In this document: positions 47,958 through 57,739 of the stretch, piece after piece
How the letters are laid out: every line of letters starts with the position of its first letter
Position numbering within the stretch: the stretch's first letter is position 1
Assembly (NCBI GenBank): GCA_963770835.1
Contig: CAVYRH010000026.1
Coordinates: forward strand, 96,001-160,000
Direction of reading: 5' to 3'
Source of the DNA: an uncultured Pseudomonadota bacterium
GTDB lineage: Bacteria; Oederibacteriota; Muellerivitia; Muellerivitales; Muellerivitaceae
Length of the DNA stretch: 64,000 bases
Position numbers and translations under genes: made by a program
Notes under the pieces: generated by a model
What the model saw: only the letters and a program-made list of their open reading frames with translations
What the model was told of the DNA's origin: nothing
Database searches by the model: none

Positions 47958-48437
47958 ATGTTCCGGAAATTCAAATTTGAAGAAGACATTTACTCCAAAT
48001 TACAGGGTATTCCGATGTCCACCCGTTACAAGTTGGACCGGGTCGGGCTCAAGCTCGGGCTTAAAAGCTGGAACCGCTTCTCGGCGGAGGAAAAACAGGT
48101 TTTATGCCATCTTTCCGTCCGGAGCCAGGGGGAGATGGAGTGCTACAAGGAATACCTCCTCTACCTGCTGAACCGGCTTAAGGAAAAACCCGAATGGGTC
48201 GATCCCGAATTGGGTAAAAGGGAAAAGTCCCAGTGGGAAAACCTGAGCCGGATACCCGAAAGCGTTTATTTGAAGGTCATTTCCCTCAAAGGATTGATGA
48301 CCCCCGTGGAATGGATCCGGTTGGACGACCTGGAACGCTACGCCTTGTTCCGCCTTTCCGTGGAAAAATACACCGACGCCCTTTTCGGAAAGGCCCTGGA
48401 GGAGTTTTTAGGCCTTTCCACCGCCAAACCGGCCTAA
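47958..48437 (+). CDS. nitrate reductase-associated protein (NarM-like)
   Basis: FKFEED...IPMSTRYKLDRVGLKLGLKSW...W.RLDDLERYALFRL pattern. Confidence 0.7.
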   Translation: MFRKFKFEEDIYSKLQGIPMSTRYKLDRVGLKLGLKSWNRFSAEEKQVLCHLSVRSQGEMECYKEYLLYLLNRLKEKPEWVDPELGKREKSQWENLSRIPESVYLKVISLKGLMTPVEWIRLDDLERYALFRLSVEKYTDALFGKALEEFLGLSTAKPA

Positions 48438-48607
48438 TTTAATCTTTTTCTCAACCCCGGATGCCTAGTTGTTACGAATCCGAGGAAAACTTGTAACAAA
48501 AGATTAACCTGGTTTTGGGATCATTCTTACCAAGCCATACCGACCCAACATCTTTCAACGCCGACTTCCACGCCCAGCCGTTCCCATCCGGGAGGAGGAT
48601 TGATTGT

Positions 48608-48793
48608 ATGTTGAACCTGGACCGATATTCCGAGAGCATTTTGTTCCAATGCGACCGGTGCCAGCATGTAGGGGAATTATTCACCGATGTGGTGGAGGAT
48701 GAAGGCTACTTTTATTGCTGGGGTTGTTTAACCGAGATGAAAAACCAGAAGGAAAAAAAGGGGGAGGTGAACCAAAGATCCTATGCCCACTAA
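48608..48793 (+). CDS. small CxxC-CxxC (Zn-ribbon-like) protein
   Basis: GGAGGAGG RBS; CDRC...CWGC. Confidence 0.6.
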   Translation: MLNLDRYSESILFQCDRCQHVGELFTDVVEDEGYFYCWGCLTEMKNQKEKKGEVNQRSYAH

Positions 48794-48965
48794 CGAAGTT
48801 TCTGTTGGGGAGACCGCGCTTGTGCGGTGTGGAGACTGCGGGACCGAGGCCGATGTGCGGTCCATATTCACCGAGGAAAGCGGAAAACACTTTTGCCTGG
48901 CCTGCTGGCTGGGGAAGGGAAACCGCAAGGTTGCAAGCCGTAAACTGACTGTCGTCGAACTTTAA
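48783..48965 (+). CDS. small CxxC-CxxC (Zn-ribbon-like) protein
   Basis: GGAGGTG upstream; CGDC...CLAC; overlaps the previous ORF. Confidence 0.6.
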   Translation: MPTNEVSVGETALVRCGDCGTEADVRSIFTEESGKHFCLACWLGKGNRKVASRKLTVVEL

Positions 48966-49035
48966 ATTTAAAAGTTTTTAAGAATTCCAAATCCCCAATA
49001 GGGTGGTTCTGGAATTTTTTTTTGCCCGGTTCCGG

Positions 49036-49779
49036 TCAAACCTGGATTTTCGAAAAAAGATATCCCCCCACCACCAGCAGGAAAGCCGAGCAAAGGCTCA
49101 AAACCGCCAGGTCCGTTCCCAAGCCGTAAAAGGAAGCCATTCCCAGCGAAGCCCGCAGGCCGTCGATCCCGTAGGAAAGGGGGTTCAAAGTGGTCACCAG
49201 GGCCATCCCCTTGGGCAGCCCTTCCAGGGGGAACATGGCGCCGGACAAAAAGAAAAGCGGCATGACCAGGAAATTCATGATGAGGGGAAAAGCTTGCATG
49301 TCGTTCAGCTGGGAGGCCAGGGCCGTCCCAAAGGCCGTGAAGAGCACGGCGATGAGAAACATGAAAACCAGGGCCATGGGGACCTCCCGAAGCCCGGGGC
49401 GGAAGCCGAAAAGAAAGGCCAGGAAGAAAACGCTGATGCCCTGGAGCATGGCCACCGTGGCGCCTCCCAGGGTGCGGCCGATCATGATATGCAGGCGCGG
49501 CACCGGGGCCACCAGGGTTTCCTTCAGGAACCCGAACTGGCGGTCCCAAATGATCTCGATGCCCGAAAAGACACCGGTGAAAAGGACGCCCATGGCGATC
49601 ACGCCGGGCGCGAGGAACTGCAGGTAATCCCCCCGGCCGGACTGAGAATAAATCCTCCCGAAGCCGATTCCGAAGGCCAAAAGGAAGATCAAGGGCTGGC
49701 CCAGGGAACCGATCATGCGGGGCTTGGACCGGAAATAGCGCTTCAATTGCCGCAGCCACATGATGTAAACAGTGATCAT
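49036..49779 (-). CDS. ABC-2 type transporter permease (DrrB-like)
   Basis: WLRQLKRY, FLAPG, WDRQFGFLKETLVAP, FFLSGAMFP, NPLSYGIDGLR. Confidence 0.9.
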   Translation of the reverse strand: MITVYIMWLRQLKRYFRSKPRMIGSLGQPLIFLLAFGIGFGRIYSQSGRGDYLQFLAPGVIAMGVLFTGVFSGIEIIWDRQFGFLKETLVAPVPRLHIMIGRTLGGATVAMLQGISVFFLAFLFGFRPGLREVPMALVFMFLIAVLFTAFGTALASQLNDMQAFPLIMNFLVMPLFFLSGAMFPLEGLPKGMALVTTLNPLSYGIDGLRASLGMASFYGLGTDLAVLSLCSAFLLVVGGYLFSKIQV

Positions 49780-49781
49780 CT

Positions 49782-50579
49782 TTAGCGCCTCCACATTTTT
49801 TTCATCATCCGCATGGTCTCGGCGTTGGAGGCGTCTTCGTCGCGCAGGGTGTGGCCCGTCAGCTTGATAAAGGCCTCCTCCAGGGATTTGGCCCGGGCTT
49901 TTTTCTTGAGCGCGGCGGGGGTGCCCTGTGCAATGATCTTGCCGTGGTCGATGATGGTCACCTGGTCGGCCACGCGGTCCGCCTCCTCCATGTAATGGGT
50001 GGTGAAGAAGACCGTGATGCCTTCCCGCTTGTTGAGGTTTTGGATGTAATTCCAGATATGGTTGCGGGTCTGGGGGTCCAGCCCGACGGTGGGCTCGTCC
50101 AAAAAGAGGATGAGGGGATGGTGAAGGAGTCCCCGGGCGATTTCCAAGCGGCGTTTCATGCCCCCGGAGAAGTGCTTCACCAAGTCGTCGCGGCGGTCCC
50201 AAAGTTCCACGACCTTCAGCAACTCCTCAACGCGTTTGCGCCTCAGGTCCGCGGGAACCTTGTACAAAACGCCGTGGAACTCCATGTTTTCCCTGGCCGT
50301 CAGTTCATCGTCCAGGCTGGGGTCCTGGAACACGATGCCGAAACTGCGTCGGACGCCGGCCTGGTCGGTGGCGGGGTCGTGGCCGTCCAACAGGACTCGG
50401 CCCGAAGTGGGTTTTAAGAGCGTCGTGAGCATCTTGATGGAAGTGGTTTTGCCCGCGCCGTTGGGCCCCAGGAAGCCGAAGATCCGGCCCTTTTCCACGC
50501 TGAAGGAGATGCCGTTGACGGCGGTGAAATCGCCGAATTTTTTGGTGAGATTTTCGACATTGATGATGGGAGATTTCAT
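49782..50579 (-). CDS. ABC transporter ATP-binding protein (DrrA-like)
   Basis: GPNGAGKTT, FSGGMKRRLEIARG, LFLDEPT, TTHYMEEA. Confidence 0.93.
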   Translation of the reverse strand: MKSPIINVENLTKKFGDFTAVNGISFSVEKGRIFGFLGPNGAGKTTSIKMLTTLLKPTSGRVLLDGHDPATDQAGVRRSFGIVFQDPSLDDELTARENMEFHGVLYKVPADLRRKRVEELLKVVELWDRRDDLVKHFSGGMKRRLEIARGLLHHPLILFLDEPTVGLDPQTRNHIWNYIQNLNKREGITVFFTTHYMEEADRVADQVTIIDHGKIIAQGTPAALKKKARAKSLEEAFIKLTGHTLRDEDASNAETMRMMKKMWRR

Positions 50580-50628
50580 GGCCGTTCTTTTTAACATAAG
50601 GGGAGCCCTAAACCAAGTTCGGGGTTTT

Positions 50629-52689
50629 TTACTCGGCTTTTCCAGCCGAGAGGACGGACGCTTTTTTGAAGCATTGCCCCGATTCTTTCGTGCGTCCCTG
50701 GATCTTCAGGCAAACTCCCAAATCGTAATATAAATGGGCGGCCGGAATTCCCTGTCGAATGGCGTTCCGGTAGGCCTGGGTGGCTTGGATAAACCAGCCA
50801 TCCAGGTATTTAAAAAACGCCATTTTTTCCCAGTAAACGGCGGTCAAAAAAAGATCCCGTGAAAACCGCGCGGACAGGGAAGGATCGGCTTCCATGAAAC
50901 TGGCCCATCTTTGTCCGGGCATTTTATTTTTTATTTCAAAGTCGAATTCACGATAAAGGTTATCGGCCCTTTTCCAGCCTTCCAGCATCGCGGCCGGAAT
51001 TTGGGATGTGGGTATGAGGAATATTCCAAAGGGTTTGGGGTCATCCGGGCCATTCTTATCGGTTTTTAGGACATCAAACCGAAGCCCGGGAAATGATTTG
51101 ATGAAATAAGGGGCATACTGGGTATTCGTAATGACACAGGTCCAACTGGGCCGTGAATTCGAAAGGGATGGATTCTCGATGGCGTTAAAGGGATAGTCGG
51201 CGATATCAAGGGTTTTGTTGTCGTAATCGGTATTAAATTCGGAAAAAACGTAAACGGGCCCGCTCTGCCGGCTTAGGGAGCGGAGAATTTGGTAGGCGCT
51301 AAAGTATTCAACATTCCTCCATTGACGAATTGGAGCGGCCAATTGAATATCCCCATAAAGCCGGAATAAGTGGTAGGAGTTGAGGAAAACGGGGGCCAGC
51401 GCCAATCCCAACAAGGCCGCTTTTCGGTAAGCCGGAGCGGTTATTGTCACAAGGCATTGGATTCCCAAGGCGCCCAATAAAATGAAAAAAACGAGGGAAG
51501 GGGTGACCCTTTGCAGTTCCAAGGCATGGGTAAGGATTCCAGGCAAAAGGGAAAGAAAGATTCCCAAGCCACCTCCGGCCACTATTTTCCATTCGGCTTG
51601 CCGAACTGCGTAAAGCAAGCCCGTCAATATCAGGGCTCCTGTCGCCGCATCGAGGTATCCACCCCAAATGGGTCCCAGCGGATAACTCTCTTTCCCGTCC
51701 CAAAAAAGGCCACGGAGATAAAGGGGAAGTGAATGAAATGGGAGGAAACCAGAAAAATTCGACTGGAGATAATCCATCGCGCCGGGCGCCGACCGGGCGA
51801 AAACCAAGGGCAATGCGATGGATAGCGAGAGAATAAAAAAAAGGACGGTTTCGGGCAGTTCCCTCCTTTGGAAGCCCATCGCCAGGAGCACCGCCGCCCC
51901 AAAGAGCCAAACGACGGTCCAGTTGGTGTAAGTGTAAAACCCCGCGCCACACCAAGCGCCCAAGGCGGTGATCCAAAACCAATGGGCCCGCTTTCCCTTC
52001 GACTTCCAGTAAATCCCGATCAGAATAAACGCGGTGAGCTGGAAAAATGGAATCAGGTCGTTCGGAGTGCACTGCCGGGCCATGGCGATTTCCCAAAACG
52101 ACAGGGAAAACAGCCAGCAAAAAACGAAAGAAAGGAAGGGGGACAAGAATAACCGCGCCGCGCCGTAGGCCGCCAAGGCGCCCGCGATCGAAAAAAAAGT
52201 CGTGAAAAGCCTCAACGATAATAGCGAAGGTCCGGCTATCCGGAAGAAAGCCCAGAGGAACCACAAGAGAAAAGGCTCCATCCGGCCCTGGGTCCAAAGA
52301 AGGGTCCACCTCCATTTCTGCAGGAGGCCCAAGGCAAACGTCGAAAAAATACCCTCGTCCGAAAGCGGCCAAAAGGGCAGGGAAACCAGCCGATAAAAAT
52401 GTATCGTAAGAAAAAGAAGGATAAATAAAGTCCAAATCCAAAAAGGGATTCGACTCGGATTTTGGCAAAAAGGATCAAGGCGGCCGCCTTTTTTTCGCTC
52501 CCGCAGGACGATCACCAAGCCCATCGCTAGGGGCAGGACCAAGCCGAAAAAGACGATCCCCGGGCGAAAAGGAAGAGATGGTGGAGCATAGGAAAGAAGC
52601 GAGAGAGAAATCAAAAAAATCCAAAAATATGACCAGGGGTGGAAGGGGATATCCCTTTGCAGCCAATCGGGGAAAGGGGGCCGTTTCAT
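50629..52689 (-). CDS. GT-C glycosyltransferase with TPR-like tail, paralog 7
   Basis: WPLSDE, GPIWGGYL, YPFNAIENP, FLTAVYWEK, GIPAAHLYYDLG. Confidence 0.72.
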   Translation of the reverse strand: MKRPPFPDWLQRDIPFHPWSYFWIFLISLSLLSYAPPSLPFRPGIVFFGLVLPLAMGLVIVLRERKKGGRLDPFCQNPSRIPFWIWTLFILLFLTIHFYRLVSLPFWPLSDEGIFSTFALGLLQKWRWTLLWTQGRMEPFLLWFLWAFFRIAGPSLLSLRLFTTFFSIAGALAAYGAARLFLSPFLSFVFCWLFSLSFWEIAMARQCTPNDLIPFFQLTAFILIGIYWKSKGKRAHWFWITALGAWCGAGFYTYTNWTVVWLFGAAVLLAMGFQRRELPETVLFFILSLSIALPLVFARSAPGAMDYLQSNFSGFLPFHSLPLYLRGLFWDGKESYPLGPIWGGYLDAATGALILTGLLYAVRQAEWKIVAGGGLGIFLSLLPGILTHALELQRVTPSLVFFILLGALGIQCLVTITAPAYRKAALLGLALAPVFLNSYHLFRLYGDIQLAAPIRQWRNVEYFSAYQILRSLSRQSGPVYVFSEFNTDYDNKTLDIADYPFNAIENPSLSNSRPSWTCVITNTQYAPYFIKSFPGLRFDVLKTDKNGPDDPKPFGIFLIPTSQIPAAMLEGWKRADNLYREFDFEIKNKMPGQRWASFMEADPSLSARFSRDLFLTAVYWEKMAFFKYLDGWFIQATQAYRNAIRQGIPAAHLYYDLGVCLKIQGRTKESGQCFKKASVLSAGKAE

Positions 52690-52738
52690 GCGTGGATTTT
52701 AACACATCCTTTCCGCACGCCTTTGGAAATGCTCCGAG

Positions 52739-54337
52739 TCAGGCCATGTCGGCGAAGGAATAGTCCGGACATTTGCGGGCAGTGTAGTCCTTGTCCCAGG
52801 AAGTCTTAAAGAGGATGACCGGGCGGTTTTGCTTGTCCTTGGTCTTCAAGACCTGCACGGGCGGGTCGAAACTTTCCACGTTTCCCACCAGCCAGGCGCT
52901 GCAGGTATAGGGCAGGGTCTCCAATTCGGTGTCCACGCCGTACTCGCCCTTCAACCGGTACTGCAATACGTCAAACTGCAGGCGTCCCACGGCCGCCACG
53001 TAAAAATCCAATTCGTCCCAGCTCTTGAGCATCTGCACCGTGCCCTCGGCCGTCATCTGCTCCACGCCCTTGTCGAAGGACTTGCGCTTGGCCACGTCCT
53101 TGGGGCGGACCCGGGCGAAGATCTCGGGCTGGAAGGAGGGGAGGGGCTTGAAGTTGAAACCGCCGGTGAGGGAAATGGTATCGCCGATGGCGAAGATGCC
53201 GGGATTGATGACCCCCACGATATCCCCCGGATAGGCCACGTCCACGGTGTTGCGGTCCTGGGCCAGCATGGAATGGGGCCGGGAGAGGCGGAGTTCCTTG
53301 TTCATGCGGTGGTGCTTGACCACCAGGTCCCTCTCAAAGCGCCCCGAGCAGACGCGCAGGAAGGCCGTCGAATCCCGGTGCTTGGGGTTCATGTTGGCCT
53401 GCAGCTTGAAGACATAGGCGGAAAAGGGCGTATCGACCGGATCCACGATGATCTCCCCATTGGGGGAATCGGCCAGGCGGGGGCCTGGAGGCGGGGCCAT
53501 ATCGACGAAAGCGTCGAAGAAAGGCTCCACCCCAAAATTGGTGAGGGCCGAGGCGAAGAATACCGGGGTTACCTTTCCTTTCAAGAATTCGGAGCGGTCG
53601 TAGGAGTTGCCGGCCACTTCCAAAAGCTCCAGGTCGTGGTGGAGTTTCCCCCAAAACTCCTCGGATACGTGGTTCTTTACGTCCGGATCGTCCAGAGAGA
53701 TCTTTTCCACGGCGGCCTTGGCGGCGCCTCCCACGGAGACCTTGGTGAAAAGAAGCAGTTCCTTCTTGGCCCGTTCGACGACCCCGACGAATTCGCGGCC
53801 GCTTCCCACGGGCCAATTGATGGCGGAGGAATGGATGCCCAGGACCTGCTCGACTTCCTGCATCAGGTCCAGGGGGTCCCGGCCCGGAAGGTCCATCTTG
53901 TTGATGAAGGTCATGACGGGAATGCCCCGCAGGCGGCAGACCTCGAAGAGCTTGCGCGTCTGGGTTTCCACGCCCTTGGTCGCGTCGATGACCATGATGG
54001 CGCAGTCGGCGGCGGTGAGCGTGCGGTAGGTGTCTTCGGAAAAGTCCTGGTGGCCCGGGGTATCCAGCACGTTGATGATGGCGTTCTTATAGGGGAACTG
54101 CATGGCCGAGGCGGTGATGGAAATGCCGCGTTCCTGTTCCATGCCCATCCAGTCGGACACCGCCACCTTGCCGCCCTTGCGGCCCCGCACCATGCCGGCG
54201 GTCTGGATCATGCCGGAATAAAGCAGTAGCTTCTCCGTGAGGGTGGTCTTCCCCGCGTCCGGATGGCTGATGATGGCGAAGGTGCGCCGTTTGGCGATGG
54301 CGTTTTTGATTTCGTTAGTCAATGCCGGATCGGACAT
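52739..54337 (-). CDS. prfC: peptide chain release factor 3
   Basis: RRTFAIISHPDAGKTTLTEKLLL, SDWM, LDTPGHQDFSEDTYR, NKMD, LQFDV. Confidence 0.96.
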   Translation of the reverse strand: MSDPALTNEIKNAIAKRRTFAIISHPDAGKTTLTEKLLLYSGMIQTAGMVRGRKGGKVAVSDWMGMEQERGISITASAMQFPYKNAIINVLDTPGHQDFSEDTYRTLTAADCAIMVIDATKGVETQTRKLFEVCRLRGIPVMTFINKMDLPGRDPLDLMQEVEQVLGIHSSAINWPVGSGREFVGVVERAKKELLLFTKVSVGGAAKAAVEKISLDDPDVKNHVSEEFWGKLHHDLELLEVAGNSYDRSEFLKGKVTPVFFASALTNFGVEPFFDAFVDMAPPPGPRLADSPNGEIIVDPVDTPFSAYVFKLQANMNPKHRDSTAFLRVCSGRFERDLVVKHHRMNKELRLSRPHSMLAQDRNTVDVAYPGDIVGVINPGIFAIGDTISLTGGFNFKPLPSFQPEIFARVRPKDVAKRKSFDKGVEQMTAEGTVQMLKSWDELDFYVAAVGRLQFDVLQYRLKGEYGVDTELETLPYTCSAWLVGNVESFDPPVQVLKTKDKQNRPVILFKTSWDKDYTARKCPDYSFADMA

Positions 54338-54537
54338 GCCGACTTTCCTTAATAGCTCACGCGGCAAGCCGCGTAAAGATGTACGGAGGCCGGTATAGTA
54401 CCGATCTCTGCTTTTATGTTGTTAGAAATGGTGAATCGGCGCAGGCTGGCATTCCTTTTTTGTGAATTGGCCGCGCATTGTAGCAGATTTTCCGGGCCTC
54501 TCCGGCTTTTGGGAGAAGTTTGGACAGGGGGTGGTTC

Positions 54538-54572
54538 AAAAAAAAAGCCCCTGGGCCCAAACCCAGGGGCTT
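54538..54572 (-). terminator. rho-independent terminator
   Basis: A9-gcccctggg...cccaggggc (hairpin plus U tract on the minus strand). Confidence 0.8.
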
Positions 54573-54589
54573 GAACGGCAGTAAATGTA

Positions 54590-54790
54590 TTACTTGGTGG
54601 TAGCCGGCGCGGAAGAAGTGGTTGAAGAACCCTTCTTACCCTTTTTCCCGCCCTTGTGGCCCTTTTTTCCGCCCTTGTGAGTCTTCGTAGCCTTAGTCGC
54701 GGTTGTCGAACCGGTATCCTGCGCCATCACCAAACCGGTTGTCGTACCCAAGAACAAAACGGCCATCAACGCCAAAACGATCTTTTTCAT
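54590..54790 (-). CDS. small secreted Lys/Thr-rich peptide
   Basis: AAGGAG RBS; signal peptide; HKGGKK repeats; own terminator. Confidence 0.75.
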   Translation of the reverse strand: MKKIVLALMAVLFLGTTTGLVMAQDTGSTTATKATKTHKGGKKGHKGGKKGKKGSSTTSSAPATTK

Positions 54791-55087
54791 GTTGCTCTCT
54801 CCTTAATCCAATCATTTTATTTAGGGTTGACCCTAATACAGCATGCCTTTAAGACGAGTAGGTTGTCATGGAAGTTCCCGAAAAAGGGGGTTCGGTTCCC
54901 TTTTTACCGGTTCTTTACAGGGATCTGCAAGCCGCGCGAAGATAAACGGAGGTCGGTATAGTACTGATTTCAATTTTAATACCGTTAAAAATGATGAATC
55001 GGCATATGGGGGCACCCCTTATCAAACAATCCTTTTCTTGGCTTGGGGCTTGGGATAAAGTAACGCCATTCCAAGCAAAGGACGGCC

Positions 55088-56173
55088 ATGCGCAATACCT
55101 TCTGCCTCAAGTGGGACCAGGAACACGGCGCCAAGCTGGTGGACTTCCACGGCTGGAACATGCCGGTTTCCTACACCAAGGGAATCCTCGCCGAGCACGA
55201 AGCCACCCGCACTTCCGCCGGGCTTTTCAACATCTCCCACATGGGGCGCCTTCGCGTCCACGGCCCCCAAGCCTATAAATTCTGCCAATACGCCTTCACC
55301 AACGACCTCTCCAAGGTCAGCATCGGCAGCGCCCTCTATGGCTTCCTCCTCAACGACAAGGGCGGAATCATCGACGACGTGATCATCTATAAAGAAGCCA
55401 ACGACCGGTTTCTTTGGATCATCAACGCCGGCGGCCGGGAAACGGACGTGGAGCATCTGAAGCGCCTTTCGGCCGGGAAAGACCTCAAGCTCGATAACCT
55501 TTCGGATGAAACCGCGTTATTGGCATTACAAGGCCCCAAGGCGGACGCGGTCTTGAAGCGGCTGGTGAAGGACACTGACATGGACAAGATCCCCTATTTC
55601 GGTTTTGGCCGGGGAACGGTCAACAGCAAAGCCGCTTTCTTGATGGCCACCGGCTACACCGGGGAAGACGGCTACGAGCTGATGGTGGACGTGAAGGACG
55701 CCCCGATGATTTGGGAGCTAATGGTGGCCCAGCCGGAAGTTACCGCCTGCGGCCTGGGCGCGCGGGATTCCCTGCGCCTGGAGGCGGGCCTGCCGCTCCA
55801 TGGCAACGACATTGACGAAACCACCCAGCCCTACGAGGCGGGATTAGGTTGGGCAGTGAAAATGGACAAGGAAGGCGGGTTTTTCGGGCGGGAAGCACTC
55901 AACAAGACGCCGGGTCGCAAGCTCATCGGCCTGACCCTGGAAGGCCAGAATATCCCCCGTTCCCACTACAAGGTCGTCTCCGAGGGCCAAGAAGCCGGGG
56001 AAGTCACCAGCGGCATTTTCTCACCCACGCTCAAAAAAGGAATCGCGCTGGCTTACGTAAAGACCGAATTCCTGGATAAACCCCTGGCCGTGGACATCCG
56101 CGGCAAGGCTGTTCCCGCCGTCGTCACCAAGCTCCCCTGGGTGCGGCATGTCACAAAATCAAAGGCCAAGTAA
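55088..56173 (+). CDS. gcvT: glycine cleavage system aminomethyltransferase T
   Basis: FHGWNMPVSY, GLFNISHMG, GGIIDD, TGYTGEDGYE, GLGARDSLRLEAG. Confidence 0.95.
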   Translation: MRNTFCLKWDQEHGAKLVDFHGWNMPVSYTKGILAEHEATRTSAGLFNISHMGRLRVHGPQAYKFCQYAFTNDLSKVSIGSALYGFLLNDKGGIIDDVIIYKEANDRFLWIINAGGRETDVEHLKRLSAGKDLKLDNLSDETALLALQGPKADAVLKRLVKDTDMDKIPYFGFGRGTVNSKAAFLMATGYTGEDGYELMVDVKDAPMIWELMVAQPEVTACGLGARDSLRLEAGLPLHGNDIDETTQPYEAGLGWAVKMDKEGGFFGREALNKTPGRKLIGLTLEGQNIPRSHYKVVSEGQEAGEVTSGIFSPTLKKGIALAYVKTEFLDKPLAVDIRGKAVPAVVTKLPWVRHVTKSKAK

Positions 56174-56441
56174 AATTGCGCTTTTGTCATTCGTTAAGAT
56201 CCTGTTAAAAATTAATCCCATTCCGGTCCACAATTCCCTATAGAAAGTTGACATTTTTTGTCCTCAGTCGCGAAGTTACCGGCAATTTCATTTGAAATTC
56301 AACGCCACCCACCCGTCATCTCCCGGTCCGGGAATGTTAAAAATTAAGGAAAATCTTCCTTGGCCCTCTTGCGCGTGGTTGTTTTTTGAAATAGTTTTCT
56401 AGCTGTCGCGCATATCCCATTCGAGAGTAAAGGAGATTGTC

Positions 56442-56852
56442 ATGGCGGTTAAAAAAATCCTGTTAGTGGAAGACAACCCAGCGGATGTCCGGGTAGCTGA
56501 AATGGCCTTGGAGAAATACGCTCCGAAAGGGTTTACCCTGCAACACGCGGAATGCGTCCAAAATGCCTTGAACTGCCTTTCCAAGGAATCCTTCTCGGTG
56601 ATCCTGCTGGATCTTTTCCTGCCGGATGCCTCCGGCTTGGACGCCCTCGTCCAGATTCATTCGAGGTATCCCCATATCCCCATCATCGCGCTCACGGGCT
56701 TGCTGGATGAGAAAACGACCCAGTTCGCCGAGCACATGGGAGCCAAGATGTATTTCTGCAAGGACGACCTGTCCTGGGAAAAAGTCATCAATGCCGTTAA
56801 GCGTTTGGCGGGATTCCAAAGTGAGGACCCGCGGGAGCGGGTCGAGGCTTAA
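56442..56852 (+). CDS. single-domain response regulator (receiver)
   Basis: LLVEDN, ILLDLFLPD, IIALTG, K. Confidence 0.9.
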   Translation: MAVKKILLVEDNPADVRVAEMALEKYAPKGFTLQHAECVQNALNCLSKESFSVILLDLFLPDASGLDALVQIHSRYPHIPIIALTGLLDEKTTQFAEHMGAKMYFCKDDLSWEKVINAVKRLAGFQSEDPRERVEA

Positions 56853-56896
56853 CCACCCTTTGGTTTTTGCGGGGAGTCAGGGGAAAAAGACCGGCT

Positions 56897-57148
56897 TTAA
56901 CTACTTTTTCTTTTTCGATGGCCGTTGCGCCCATCGAACACACCTTTAATCAAAGCCTCTGGTGGTACCTTGAACATCTGGCTGAGGCGGAAGAATGTCT
57001 GCAGGGAATGGGGCCGGCCGGACTCCAGTTGCTGGTAGTGCCTGACGGAAAAATTATATTCCAGAACGTCTTCCTGGACCATTTTCCGTTCGGTGCGCAA
57101 TTCCCGGTACCGCTCGCCCAACTTTTGGAAGGCCGTCTCGTATTCCAC
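56897..57148 (-). CDS. XRE-family HTH regulator
   Basis: LGERYRELR...QED...RHYQQLESG...LSQMF; AAGGAG RBS. Confidence 0.8.
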   Translation of the reverse strand: MEYETAFQKLGERYRELRTERKMVQEDVLEYNFSVRHYQQLESGRPHSLQTFFRLSQMFKVPPEALIKGVFDGRNGHRKRKSS

Positions 57149-57739
57149 GTGGTTGCTCCTTGTGCGGATTGAGAATCACAAGGTATGTGTGAAAAGGCCA
57201 CGAGCAATAGAACGTAAATCCTATCAATCATCTTAACTATAGGCTCATTTTGACCGATTAAAAGGTATTCCCCTATGACGACCGGTCCAACCGGAAACGG
57301 GAGAAGGCCTTTTCGGCGTTTAAGACCCCTTTTGCTGCCATTCGTCAAATAAAGGGTGGGACCTTTGCCGCTGGGGTTGGAAAAAAATAAAACAGGATTT
57401 GAGTGTTTCATCGGGCTTGCCGGTTCCTTCTTCGGGGTTGCTGGAGCCTCGCCTCAAAAGGTTTTCCGGTGGGGCGGTCCGGGATTTAATAAAAAATTAA
57501 CTTCATCCGGGTCCCCGGGGTTCCTCGGAATTTACCCTTTTTTTGTCCTTCCCCCCGATCGGAAACCGTGAAGTTACGGGCTATTTAAGGGGAAATTTAA
57601 CGTCCATCCATTTGGCGTTTTTTAAGCCCGTAAATGTTCAAAACAAGGAAAATCTTTTCCAGCTTTTTTGCACGTGGCCGATTTTTAAAATTAACCCATA
57701 GTTATTTGTGCTTCCCAGTTTTGAGCGAAGGAGTTTGCC

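Noticed and set aside
52829..54229. Long antisense ORFs (466 aa here; similarly 12072..13385, 7400..8437, 38896..39915)
   Set aside because: Shadow or alternate-frame ORFs of well-supported genes, expected from high-GC codon bias
52739..54540. prfC as an ICE integration site
   Set aside because: No duplicated prfC 5' end or integrase is adjacent
54800..55087. Glycine riboswitch upstream of gcvT
   Set aside because: No recognisable aptamer consensus by eye; an Infernal search would be needed
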